In this document: positions 1 to 9,287 of the stretch, one piece after another
Numbering within the stretch: the first letter of the stretch is position 1
Layout of the letters: each line of letters begins with the position of its first letter
Source of the DNA: Pseudomonadota bacterium
GTDB lineage: Bacteria; Desulfobacterota; Desulfobacteria; Desulfobacterales; JBDRRP01
Length of the DNA: 64,000 nt
Direction of reading: 5' to 3'
Assembly: GCA_043825735.1 (NCBI GenBank)
Contig: JBDRRP010000068.1
Location: 1 to 64,000, forward strand
The notes under the pieces: model-generated
Database searches by the model: none
Told to the model about the DNA's origin: nothing
The model's input: the letters and a program-made list of their open reading frames with translations, nothing else
Position numbers and translations under genes: made by a program

Positions 1-156
1 GGCTACGTGCCGGGATTTTCGCTGGAAGGCTCATCCATGGACATCTTCAAGGCCTACGTCATGATCCTGTTTGGCACCTGGCTCTACTCCTACCTGCTCA
101 GCGGCTTCTGGATCCGCCAGATTTACCGGTTCTTTCATAAATCGAAAGCAGCATAA
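1..156 (+). CDS. 3' end of a gene entering the window (hydrophobic C-terminus, probable membrane protein)
   Basis: Frame 1 is open from base 1 to TAA at 154-156: GYVPGFSLEGSSMDIFKAYVMILFGTWLYSYLLSGFWIRQIYRFFHKSKAA*. It converges on the PBP1A gene. Confidence 0.6.
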   Translation, partial: GYVPGFSLEGSSMDIFKAYVMILFGTWLYSYLLSGFWIRQIYRFFHKSKAA

Positions 157-262
157 ACGACGCCCGTGCAGGGATGAAATCCCCGCACGACCGTCGTTTA
201 TATGGCGTTGAATATAAACCCTGCGGGGGAGATGGCGTTTCCATCTCCCCCGCAGGGTTTAT
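153..262. terminator. Two tandem hairpins between convergent genes (bidirectional terminator or REP-like)
   Basis: Hairpin 1: ATAAACGACG (153-162) pairs with CGTCGTTTAT (192-201). Hairpin 2: perfect 22-bp stem, ATAAACCCTGCGGGGGAGATGG (214-235) with CCATCTCCCCCGCAGGGTTTAT (241-262). Confidence 0.75.
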
Positions 263-2667
263 TACATGTCCGACTTGAAGAAATCTTCGCGCTTGGTGAT
301 GGTATCTTTGGGCGGGGTGGACTCAGTGGGAACGGTGCCTTCTTTGAAGCAGACGAAGGTGGTGTCGGTGGACTCAGGGTTGGGCAAAAGGCCAGTTTCA
401 GCATCGATCTTGGCAAAGACCACCCCTTCGGGCACCTGGAAGGCCCGGATGGGTTTTCCCTCCAGAATCCGCTTCATGAACTCCAGCCAGATAGGGCTGG
501 CGGCCCGGGAACCGGTCTCTGAGGCGCCCAGGGAGCTTTCATCGTCAAAGCCCACCCATACCCCGGTGATGTAGCGCGGGGTGTAGCCCACGAACCATGC
601 ATCAAAAAGGTTGTTGGTGGTGCCGGTTTTTCCAGCCACGGGGCGGCCCAGGGCCTTGATCCGCTGTCCGGTGCCTTCCTGGACGACGCCTTCCAGCAGG
701 CTGGTCATGATGTAGGCCGTCTCGCTGCTGATCACGCGCTCCCTCCGGGGCATGGACGCTTCGAGAACCCGGCCGTCGCGGTCCTCGATGCGGGTGATGA
801 ATACAGGCTCGACGAAATAGCCCTGGTTGGCGAACACAGAATAGGCGTTGACGATTTCCAGGAGGGAAACCCCCGAGGAGCCCAAAGCGATGGACAGATC
901 CCTGGCGATATCGGAAGTGATCCCCAGCTTTCGCGCGTAGTCGATGACGGTGTCCACGCCGATGTCCTGTAGAATTTTGATCGTCACCACGTTCCGGGAT
1001 TTGGCCAGAGCCTTGAGGAGCAACGTCGGCCCGTAGAATTTCTGACCGTAGTTCTTGGGTTTCCAGGTGGAAGCTGAGCCCTCGTCTTCATAGACAATGG
1101 GCGCGTCGATGATGATGGTGGCCGGTGTGTATCCATTGTCCAGGGCCGCGGCGTACACGATGGGTTTGAAGGCCGAGCCTGGCTGACGGCGCGATTGAAT
1201 GGCCCTGTTGAACTGGCTGCTGGCAAAGTCTCGTCCGCCCACCATCACCTTCACGTGGCCGGTTTCCGCCTCGATGCACAGCAGCGCCGATTGGGCCATG
1301 GGTGTCTGCTCAAGGGCCAGCGACCAGGTGCCGTCTTCGCTTTTGGTCTGCAGCATCACCGATATCACATCCCCGACCCGAAGCGCCTGGCCCGGGTGGC
1401 GGATCCGTGCCACGTAAAACGGAACCTCCGGATCGGGCCGCCGGGCCCAGTGCATCTGCTCGATATCGATGATGCCGCGGACATCACCCATGCGCACGGT
1501 GACCTGGTCGGCGGCGTCGTCCACGGCAATGACCACGCCTGTGACGGTGCGCCCGTCAGCGTAACTGTCCGGGCCCTGGGTCTGCTGGAGTTCTATTGAA
1601 AAACTGTCGATCTCCTCGGGCTTAAGGTGCATGATGGGGCCGCGGTAGCCTTGGCGCTTGTCCAGATCCAGGAGCCCGGTGTCCACCGCCTCCCGGGCCA
1701 CCTTCTGCATCTCGATGTTCACGGCAGTGTAGATCTTGAGCCCTTGCGTGTAGAGCATGTCCTTGCCGTAATTGGTTTCCACGTAACGGCGCACGTGCTC
1801 GGTATAGCTGGGCACCTCATCGATATACCAGTTTCGCCGCGGCTTGATGTCGAGCGGGGTGTCGATGGCCTCGGTGGCCTGAATGTTGGTGATGTAGCCT
1901 TCGGCCACCATCCGGTTGAGGACATAGATCTGGCGCTGTTTGGCACGATCAAGGTGACGGAACGGGGAGTAGCGGCTCGGCGCCTGTGGCAGCCCGGCCA
2001 GCATGGCGCACTCCGCCAGATTCATGGCTGTGGCCGATTTGCCGAAATAATTCTCCGCCGCCGCTTCCACCCCGTAGGCGCCGTGTCCTAGATAGATCTG
2101 GTTGAGATAGAGGTAGAGAATCTCTTTCTTGGAAAATGCCTTTTCAATCCGGTAGGCCAGGATGGCCTCGCGAATCTTACGGCGGTAGCTGCGCTCCGGG
2201 GTTAAAAGGAAGCTTTTGGTCACCTGCTGGGTAATGGTGCTGCCGCCCTGGACGATCTTTCCGGCCTCCAGGTTTTTAAAAAATGCGCGGCCGATGCTGA
2301 TCACATCCACCCCCGGATGCTTGAAAAACCGGTCGTCTTCGGCGGCCACGAAGGCCTCCAAAAGCATTTTCGGCATGCTTTCCAGTGGGACGACAATGCG
2401 TCGCTCCTGATAAAACTCGCCGATCTTCCGATCGTCATCGGAGTAGACAGCTGTGATGACCGGGGGGCGGTAATCACCCAGTGTGGAGATTTTGGGCAGA
2501 TCGCGGCTGCAGTAGAATACGGCGCCCACGGCGACCACCACGCCGACACCGACGGCCAGCAGTGTGCCAACGGCCAGCCATATCACCAGCCGGCGCAGCA
2601 GCGAGGGGCCTGTGGGACGGCTGGCACGTTTTTTTAAAATCTTGGTCTTATTGTCGGAACTTCCCAT
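262..2667 (-). CDS. mrcA: Penicillin-binding protein 1A (class A bifunctional transglycosylase/transpeptidase)
   Basis: N-terminal TM helix; transglycosylase motifs EDDRFFKHPG, GGSTITQQ, RKIREA; transpeptidase motifs SAFK, SRN, KTG. Confidence 0.95.
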   Translation of the reverse strand: MGSSDNKTKILKKRASRPTGPSLLRRLVIWLAVGTLLAVGVGVVVAVGAVFYCSRDLPKISTLGDYRPPVITAVYSDDDRKIGEFYQERRIVVPLESMPKMLLEAFVAAEDDRFFKHPGVDVISIGRAFFKNLEAGKIVQGGSTITQQVTKSFLLTPERSYRRKIREAILAYRIEKAFSKKEILYLYLNQIYLGHGAYGVEAAAENYFGKSATAMNLAECAMLAGLPQAPSRYSPFRHLDRAKQRQIYVLNRMVAEGYITNIQATEAIDTPLDIKPRRNWYIDEVPSYTEHVRRYVETNYGKDMLYTQGLKIYTAVNIEMQKVAREAVDTGLLDLDKRQGYRGPIMHLKPEEIDSFSIELQQTQGPDSYADGRTVTGVVIAVDDAADQVTVRMGDVRGIIDIEQMHWARRPDPEVPFYVARIRHPGQALRVGDVISVMLQTKSEDGTWSLALEQTPMAQSALLCIEAETGHVKVMVGGRDFASSQFNRAIQSRRQPGSAFKPIVYAAALDNGYTPATIIIDAPIVYEDEGSASTWKPKNYGQKFYGPTLLLKALAKSRNVVTIKILQDIGVDTVIDYARKLGITSDIARDLSIALGSSGVSLLEIVNAYSVFANQGYFVEPVFITRIEDRDGRVLEASMPRRERVISSETAYIMTSLLEGVVQEGTGQRIKALGRPVAGKTGTTNNLFDAWFVGYTPRYITGVWVGFDDESSLGASETGSRAASPIWLEFMKRILEGKPIRAFQVPEGVVFAKIDAETGLLPNPESTDTTFVCFKEGTVPTESTPPKDTITKREDFFKSDM

Positions 2668-2817
2668 ATTCTTGTGACCGTATCAGCTTTTGTTTTCGTT
2701 AGAAGGACATGCGCCCCAGTGATGGGACCGAATAAGGTGCGTATATCCGTTGTCTCGCAAGCAAGCGATGCTAACAGATAAGTCATCAGGGTGCAAGCTG
2801 ATGGGCCATAAAAGCAA

Positions 2818-2846
2818 TTGACTTTAAAGGGTTATACGGATAGATG
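2818..2846 (+). promoter_or_regulatory. Putative sigma70 promoter of the hisI operon
   Basis: TTGACT-N17-TAGATG, about 40 nt upstream of hisI. Confidence 0.4.
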
Positions 2847-2886
2847 AGTTAGTTTTAACCGATTTCTCGAGATCCGGAGAGTGCTC

Positions 2887-3264
2887 ATGATTGAACTGGC
2901 TTTCGACAAATGCGGCGGGCTGCTTCCGGCCATCGTCCAGGACCACGCGAGCGGCGAGGTTCTCATGATGGCCTATATGAACCTGGAGGCCTGGGAGGCA
3001 ACGCTTGCATCCGGCAAGGCCACATTCTGGAGCCGCAGCCGCAGCCAACTCTGGGTCAAGGGCGAAAGCTCCGGCAACACCCAATTGGTAAAGGAAATCC
3101 GGGTGGACTGCGATGCGGATACGATCCTGCTGCGGGTGATCCAAATCGGCGGGGCGGCCTGCCACACCGGTCACCCGTCGTGTTTTTACCGCCGGGTGAC
3201 CGGCGACACCCTGGAAACCACCAGCCAACCGGTGTTTGATCCCAAGGAGGTATACAAGCAGTGA
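2887..3264 (+). CDS. hisI: Phosphoribosyl-AMP cyclohydrolase
   Basis: [44 protein letters not shown] motifs. GGAGA RBS before ATG 2887. Confidence 0.95.
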   Translation: MIELAFDKCGGLLPAIVQDHASGEVLMMAYMNLEAWEATLASGKATFWSRSRSQLWVKGESSGNTQLVKEIRVDCDADTILLRVIQIGGAACHTGHPSCFYRRVTGDTLETTSQPVFDPKEVYKQ

Positions 3265-4136
3265 ACCCGCAAGTAAATCTGGGCATCCCCAAGGGGAGCC
3301 TGCAAAATGCCACCATCGCCTTGTTCAAACGCGCGGGGTGGACCATTGACGTCAACGGACGCAGTTATTTTCCGGAAATCGACGATAAAGAAATCACCTG
3401 CGCCATCTGCCGTGCTCAGGAAATGTCGCGGTATGTGGAAACCGGCAATCTGGACGCCGGATTGACCGGAAAGGACTGGATCGCCGAAAACAGTTCTGAT
3501 GTTCATGTGGTCTGCGATCTCATCTATTCCAAGGTCAGCTCCCGGCCGGCCCGGTGGATCCTGGCTGTCCCCTATGATTCCTCGATTAAGACCATCGCCG
3601 ATCTTCAGGGCAAAAAAATCGCCACCGAACTGGTGGCATTCACCAAACGCTATTTTGCCGAGCGCCGCATCGACGTTGAAATCGAGTTTTCCTGGGGGGC
3701 TACCGAAGCCAAGGTCGTAAGCGGCCTGGCTGATGCCGTCGTGGAAGTGACCGAGACCGAGAGTACCATCAAGGCCCACGGGCTCCGGATCATCCACGAG
3801 CTGATGCAGACCAACACCCAACTCATTGCCAACCACGCCGCCTGGGCGCAACCCGAGAAACAGGAAAAAATCAAACAGATCGCGCTGCTTCTCCAAGGAG
3901 CCCTCAAGGGCGAAAAGATGGTCGGGCTGAAAATGAACGTCTCCGAGGCAGGCCTCAAGACGGTCGTGTCCATGCTGCCCAGCCTCAACGCACCGACGGT
4001 GGCGCCCCTTTACGACACCCAGTGGTTTTCGGTTGAAACCGTGGTGTCATCGGAGCGGGTCCGAGAGCTTATTCCCGAGCTGATGAAAAACGGCGCGGAA
4101 GGTATCATCGAATACCCCCTCAACAAAGTCATCTAA
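3261..4136 (+). CDS. hisG: ATP phosphoribosyltransferase (long form)
   Basis: [28 protein letters not shown] motifs and a C-terminal regulatory domain; GTGA overlap with hisI. Confidence 0.93.
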   Translation: MNPQVNLGIPKGSLQNATIALFKRAGWTIDVNGRSYFPEIDDKEITCAICRAQEMSRYVETGNLDAGLTGKDWIAENSSDVHVVCDLIYSKVSSRPARWILAVPYDSSIKTIADLQGKKIATELVAFTKRYFAERRIDVEIEFSWGATEAKVVSGLADAVVEVTETESTIKAHGLRIIHELMQTNTQLIANHAAWAQPEKQEKIKQIALLLQGALKGEKMVGLKMNVSEAGLKTVVSMLPSLNAPTVAPLYDTQWFSVETVVSSERVRELIPELMKNGAEGIIEYPLNKVI

Positions 4137-4138
4137 CC

Positions 4139-5329
4139 ATGAACGATTGTCGTCTGACCGAAACGGAAACCGGCGAGCACCCCGACGTGGCGTCGCGCAC
4201 CCGCGACATCACCTCCTTTATCGTCATGGATGTCCTTGAAAAGGCCTGTGAAATGGAGCAGCGGGGCATCAATGTCGTCCATCTGGAAGTGGGCGAGCCC
4301 GACTTCGACGCACCCGCTTGCGTCACTGAGGCCATCAGCCGCGCGCTGGACGACGGTCACACGCACTACACCCACAGTCTGGGCACCCTGGAACTGCGTG
4401 AAGCGGTCTGCACCTACTACCACGACACCTACGGCGTCCAGGTAGCGCCAGAGTGCGTGGTGATCACATCGGGCACCTCCCCTGCGATCTTCATGCTGTT
4501 TGCCGTCCTTCTGGAGGCCGGCGACGAGGTGATCATTTCAGATCCCCACTATGCCTGTTACCCCAATTTCATCAAATTTGTTGGGGGTGTCCCCGTCGCC
4601 GTAAAGGTTTACGAAGAGGACGGGTTCCAGTTTCGGCCCGAGGCCATCGCCGCCGCCATCACCGCCCGCACCAAGGCCGTTTTCATCAATTCCCCGTCGA
4701 ACCCCACTGGCAACCTGCTGTCGGCTGACCGAATGGCGGCCATTGCCAAGATGTCCCCGTGGGTGGTTTCCGATGAAATCTATCACGGTCTGGTCTACGA
4801 AGGTAAGGAGCACTCCATCCTGGAGTTCACCGACCGGGCCTTCGTCCTCAATGGGTTTTCAAAGCTTTTTGCCATGACCGGCCTGAGGCTGGGCTACCTC
4901 ATCGCCCCCCGGCCGTTTATGCGGGCCATTCAGAAGATCCACCAGAATTTTTTCATCTCGGCCAATTCAGTGGTCCAGAAGGCAGGGGTGGCCGCGCTCA
5001 AGCACGCCGGCCCGGACACGGCGCGCATGCGCGCCGTCTACAACGAGCGCCGGCAATACATGATCGGGCGGCTCAAGGGCATGGGGCTGGGCATCACGGT
5101 AGCACCCACCGGGGCCTTCTACGTCTTCGCCAACGCCCGGCACATCTCCGGCGATTCCTACCAGCTGGCTTTCGACATTCTGGAAAAAGCCCATGTGGGC
5201 GTGACCCCCGGTATCGACTTTGGACAAAACGGCGAGGGCTACCTGCGGTTTTCCTATGCCAATTCTCTGGAAAACATTGCCGAAGGCATGGACCGCCTGG
5301 AACGCTACCTCCGCCAGTACGCCGGCTAA
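4139..5329 (+). CDS. PLP-dependent aminotransferase class I/II (aspartate aminotransferase-like)
   Basis: GEPDF, NSPSNPTG, SDEIY, GFSKLFAMTGLRLG (PLP Lys), GAFY, YLRFSY. Confidence 0.92.
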   Translation: MNDCRLTETETGEHPDVASRTRDITSFIVMDVLEKACEMEQRGINVVHLEVGEPDFDAPACVTEAISRALDDGHTHYTHSLGTLELREAVCTYYHDTYGVQVAPECVVITSGTSPAIFMLFAVLLEAGDEVIISDPHYACYPNFIKFVGGVPVAVKVYEEDGFQFRPEAIAAAITARTKAVFINSPSNPTGNLLSADRMAAIAKMSPWVVSDEIYHGLVYEGKEHSILEFTDRAFVLNGFSKLFAMTGLRLGYLIAPRPFMRAIQKIHQNFFISANSVVQKAGVAALKHAGPDTARMRAVYNERRQYMIGRLKGMGLGITVAPTGAFYVFANARHISGDSYQLAFDILEKAHVGVTPGIDFGQNGEGYLRFSYANSLENIAEGMDRLERYLRQYAG

Positions 5330-5360
5330 AACGATATTAAAGAATACTGGAAACTCATTC

Positions 5361-5963
5361 ATGATTGTCAAATCGGCAGAGTTCGTCACCAGCGCCGTCA
5401 AGCCGGACCAGTATCCGCCGTCATCGTTCCCTGAGATCGCGTTTGCAGGGCGATCCAATGTGGGCAAGTCTTCGCTCATCAACACCCTGGTCAATCGCCG
5501 TCGCCTGGTAAAAACAAGCCGGCAGCCCGGACGCACCCAGCTCATCAATTTTTTCGTGATCAACCAGCGCATGCTTCTGGTGGATCTGCCGGGCTATGGA
5601 TACGCCAAAGTGCCGGAGGCTGTGCGACGCCAGTGGGGGCCCATGGTGGAGACCTACCTGAAGCAGCGCGAGAGCCTGAAAGCCGTCGTTCTGATCGTGG
5701 ATATCCGGCGCACACCGGGAATCGAAGAACTCAATTTCATGGACTGGCTCGCGAGTAACAGCGTATACTGCATCCCGGTAGTGACCAAGTGCGATAAGCT
5801 TTCAAAAACAAAACAAAAACAAAATATGGCCCATATTGCCGCCACATTGCACGTGGCGGAGGACCAGCTACTGCGGTTTTCGGCCAAGACCCGGATGGGG
5901 CGCGATGCCGTGTGGTCCGCGATCACGCAACTGACGGCGACGGAGGCACCCCCCCATGGCTGA
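5361..5963 (+). CDS. engB: Ribosome biogenesis GTPase YihA/YsxC
   Basis: GRSNVGKSS, PGRT, DLPGYGY, TKCD, FSA motifs. Start moved to ATG 5361 (MIVKSAEFVTSA). Confidence 0.95.
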   Translation: MIVKSAEFVTSAVKPDQYPPSSFPEIAFAGRSNVGKSSLINTLVNRRRLVKTSRQPGRTQLINFFVINQRMLLVDLPGYGYAKVPEAVRRQWGPMVETYLKQRESLKAVVLIVDIRRTPGIEELNFMDWLASNSVYCIPVVTKCDKLSKTKQKQNMAHIAATLHVAEDQLLRFSAKTRMGRDAVWSAITQLTATEAPPHG

Positions 5964-6867
5964 ACCGCTCACCATGCGGCCCGAAGGGTTTCGTTCGGGA
6001 TACGTCACACTGGTGTGGCCGCCCAATGCCGGAAAATCCTCCCTGCTCAACATGCTGCTCGGGGAAAAAATCAGCATCACCTCCGCCAAGCCGCAAACGA
6101 CCCGAAACCGTATCCTAGGCATTGTCCATCGCACCGGCGCCCAGATGGTGTTTATGGACACCCCGGGGGTTCATGCCTCCGCAAAGGAGATGAACCGGCG
6201 CCTCGTGGCAGCGGCCATCACCACCCTTGCCGAAGCAGACCTGATCGTGCTCATCGTGGACATGACCGCCCGGGATGCCGATGCGGAAAATCTGCTGTTG
6301 CAGCACCTGCCGTCGACACGCACCCCGGTCATTCTGGCTCTGAACAAAACCGACCAGGCCGATCGGGAATCCATTCTCGCGGCGATCGCTGAGTGGTCGG
6401 CCCGCTTGGATTTTTGCGATATCATCCCCATTTCCGCCTTGAAGGGGAGCCAGATCGACGACCTTTTAGGCGCCATGGAACGGCAGTTGCCACTTGGGCC
6501 GCCTTTTTTCCCCGAAGATACCCTCACGGATCAACCCGTTCGATTCCTTGCCGCCGAGCTGATCCGCGAAAAGGTTTTTCGCCTTACCGGTGAGGAAATC
6601 CCCTATGCCGTCGCCGTCACCGTGGATGACTTTGCCGAGGACCCCCCAAAAAACCGGGTTCGCATCCATGCCACCATCCATGTGGAACGGGACTCGCAGA
6701 AGGGAATCGTCATCGGCAAGGGCGGCGCCAAACTCAAAGAGATCGGCACGGCCGCGCGGAGCGATATCGAAAGACTGCTCGGTGCCCGGGTCTTTTTGAA
6801 ACTCTTCGTCCGCGTGCAGAAAAACTGGACCCGGGATACCAAATCGCTGAGGCGCTTCGGCTACTGA
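5956..6867 (+). CDS. era: GTPase Era
   Basis: PNAGKSS, KPQTTR, DTPG, NKTD, ISA, EEIPYA and KH-domain SQKGIVIGKGG. The first Gly of G1 reads Trp (see findings). Confidence 0.93.
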   Translation: MAEPLTMRPEGFRSGYVTLVWPPNAGKSSLLNMLLGEKISITSAKPQTTRNRILGIVHRTGAQMVFMDTPGVHASAKEMNRRLVAAAITTLAEADLIVLIVDMTARDADAENLLLQHLPSTRTPVILALNKTDQADRESILAAIAEWSARLDFCDIIPISALKGSQIDDLLGAMERQLPLGPPFFPEDTLTDQPVRFLAAELIREKVFRLTGEEIPYAVAVTVDDFAEDPPKNRVRIHATIHVERDSQKGIVIGKGGAKLKEIGTAARSDIERLLGARVFLKLFVRVQKNWTRDTKSLRRFGY

Positions 6868-7697
6868 TGATACTGAGTTTCAATCCTGTGATCGTCGCAG
6901 ATGAAAACCGCATCGTGGCCGGGCGGGAGCCCGACGACAACGACGCGGCGGCCATCCGACGCGCCGACGCCATTATTTTGCCCCAGGGGTGCCGTGAGGC
7001 GCTTTACCGGCTGGCGACAGCCCACGGTGCGCCTGTTTTTCCTGATTTCAGCGCGCGGTTTGCTTTCCCCGGAAAAACCGGTCAGGCGCGATTGTTTCGG
7101 CACACGGCCGTCAAACATCCCCGCACCCTGGTCTTTGAGCGCGTGGATCAGGCCTGGTCGCCGCCCATGGCGCTGCCGTTTGTATTCAAACAGGATTGGG
7201 GTGGAGAAGGCGAAGCGGTTTTTTTAATTTCAGACCGGCACGATTACGACACCGCCCTGGAAGCGGCCGCTCGGCTGGAGAAATCCGGCCATCGCGGATT
7301 CATTGTCCAGGAGTTCATCCCTTCGGGGGGGCGATCGGTGCGCGTTGTGGTGATCGGCACCCAGCGCATCGCTTACTGGCGGGTGGCCGCACCCGACAAG
7401 GATGATTTCAAGGCCAGCCTATCGGCCGGCGGCACCATCGACTGGACCAGCGACCCTGATCGCCTTGCCGCCGCGGTGTCCGCCGTCGACGATCTCTGCA
7501 GTAAAACCGATATCAACCTTGCCGGAATGGACCTGCTCTTTGCCGAAGAAAAAGCCGATCCTGAACCGTATTTTCTTGAAATCAATTATTTTTTCGGGCG
7601 ACACGGGATCGGCGGCGCTTCGGCATTTTACCGGCTTTTCGCCGAGGCAGTCACCGCGTGGCTCTCATCCAAAGGATTGACCATCGACCATGTCTGA
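6867..7697 (+). CDS. ATP-grasp ligase (RimK/glutathione synthetase-like C-terminal fold)
   Basis: PFVFK..GGEGEAVFLI, IVQEFIP, RVVVIG, AGMDLL, FLEIN. Start overlaps the era stop. Confidence 0.75.
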   Translation: MILSFNPVIVADENRIVAGREPDDNDAAAIRRADAIILPQGCREALYRLATAHGAPVFPDFSARFAFPGKTGQARLFRHTAVKHPRTLVFERVDQAWSPPMALPFVFKQDWGGEGEAVFLISDRHDYDTALEAAARLEKSGHRGFIVQEFIPSGGRSVRVVVIGTQRIAYWRVAAPDKDDFKASLSAGGTIDWTSDPDRLAAAVSAVDDLCSKTDINLAGMDLLFAEEKADPEPYFLEINYFFGRHGIGGASAFYRLFAEAVTAWLSSKGLTIDHV

Positions 7698-7992
7698 CCC
7701 CTATGGATTTTATCCCGAAGAAGAAGATCTGCGCCGAGAGCGTCAAAAGGCCCGTGATCTGAGAGGCTCTCAGTGGTGGAAACGCCGCTGCGACAAGGGG
7801 CGCTGCCACTACTGCAACGCCAGCGTGTCACCGCTGGCGCTCACCATGGATCATATCGTCCCCATCTCCCGGGGGGGAAAATCCACCAAGGGCAATGTGG
7901 TGCCCTGCTGTAAGGACTGCAACACCCGAAAAAAGCAGATGCTTCCCATGGAATGGGAAGCCTATCTCGGCCAGTTCGACCCGGCCTCGTGA
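7690..7992 (+). CDS. HNH endonuclease family protein
   Basis: CHYC...TMDHIVPISRGG....N..PCCKDCN motif. Confidence 0.88.
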   Translation: MSDPYGFYPEEEDLRRERQKARDLRGSQWWKRRCDKGRCHYCNASVSPLALTMDHIVPISRGGKSTKGNVVPCCKDCNTRKKQMLPMEWEAYLGQFDPAS

Positions 7993-8081
7993 GCGGGCAA
8001 AATTAACGATAGATAAAATTCGTGTGTACCAACGGGTGGCGATGATTGCCGACCCTCTCGTTTAGCAGCGACCGGTTCGTG

Positions 8082-8110
8082 TTGACAGGGTATAGCGGGT
8101 GCGCTAAATC
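8082..8110 (+). promoter_or_regulatory. Putative sigma70 promoter of the ABC transporter operon
   Basis: TTGACA-N17-TAAATC upstream of the BMP gene. Confidence 0.4.
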
Positions 8111-8171
8111 CTCCATGTCTTCTAATGGGGCCCCGACAACATCAGAAACGATACCGCGTGAGGAGAAAAAC

Positions 8172-9233
8172 ATGAAAAAAATAGCTTTGCTGGTAGCCAC
8201 CGGCCTGTTGATGGTGCTCGGAGCCAACGGCGCCATCGCCAAGGAACTGAAAGTCGGTTTCATTTATGTGTCTCCGGTCGGGGACGCCGGCTGGTCCTAT
8301 GCCCACGACCAGGGCCGCATCGCCATAGACAAAATGGACGGTGTGAGCACTTCCTTCGTGGAAGCCGTCGCTGAGGGGCCGGACTCAGAACGGGTCATGA
8401 CCAACATGGCCCGAAAGGGCTTCGACATCGTGTTCGCCACCAGCTACGGATACATGGACCCCATGCTAAAAGTGGCCAAACAGTTTCCCAAGACCACTTT
8501 TATGCACTGCTCCGGGTACAAGACGGCGCCCAACATGGGCAATTATTTTGGCCGGATGTACGAAGCCCGCTTCCTGTCCGGAATGGTGGCCGGCGCGATG
8601 ACCAAGAAAAACGTCCTGGGTTACGTGGCTGCGTTTCCCATCCCGGAGGTCATTCGCGGCATCAACGCCTTCACTCTTGGCGCCCGGGCTGTCAATCCCA
8701 AAGCCGAGGTTAGGGTGGTGTGGACAAAGACCTGGTATGACCCGGCCACCGAAAAAGAAGCTGCCAAAAGCCTTCTCGACGTGGGTGCAGACGTCATCGC
8801 CCAACATCAGGACAGCCCCGGGCCCCAGGAAGCCGCTCAGGAGCGCGGTGTCTACTCGATTGGGTATAACTCCGATATGTCCACTTTCGCACCCAGGGCC
8901 CACCTGACTGCCCCCATCTGGAACTGGGCACCGTTTTACACGGAAACCGTCAAAAGCGTTCAAAACGGAACCTGGAAAAGTGCATCGTCCTGGCCCGGCA
9001 TTGCCGACGGCATCGTCGACCTGGCCCCCTTCGGCCCCATGGTGCCCAAAGACCTTCAGGAAAAGGTGCTGGCAGAAAAGGCGGCCCTTATGAAGGGTGC
9101 CGTGAAAGTCTTCACCGGCCCCATCAAGGATCAGTCCGGTACCGAACGTATCGCCGCCGGCCAGGTTCCTGCCGACGGCGACCTTTTGGGTATGAACTGG
9201 TTCGTCGAGGGCGTCATCGGCACCACTCAGTAA
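8172..9233 (+). CDS. BMP-family ABC transporter substrate-binding protein (purine/nucleoside type)
   Basis: AGGAG RBS; signal peptide MKKIALLV..A; KVGFIYVSPVGDAGWSYAHDQG, TSYGYM, IPEVIRGINAF, QHQDS motifs. Confidence 0.92.
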   Translation: MKKIALLVATGLLMVLGANGAIAKELKVGFIYVSPVGDAGWSYAHDQGRIAIDKMDGVSTSFVEAVAEGPDSERVMTNMARKGFDIVFATSYGYMDPMLKVAKQFPKTTFMHCSGYKTAPNMGNYFGRMYEARFLSGMVAGAMTKKNVLGYVAAFPIPEVIRGINAFTLGARAVNPKAEVRVVWTKTWYDPATEKEAAKSLLDVGADVIAQHQDSPGPQEAAQERGVYSIGYNSDMSTFAPRAHLTAPIWNWAPFYTETVKSVQNGTWKSASSWPGIADGIVDLAPFGPMVPKDLQEKVLAEKAALMKGAVKVFTGPIKDQSGTERIAAGQVPADGDLLGMNWFVEGVIGTTQ

Positions 9234-9287
9234 GCGGCCATCGCGGCTTAAATCGCCGCTTTGCCCTGCCTGGGAGCCTTTTTCACC

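Noticed and set aside
7690..7992. HNH gene as a homing or mobile endonuclease
   Set aside because: Short, coupled to a housekeeping operon, same composition as neighbours, and no intron or IS context.
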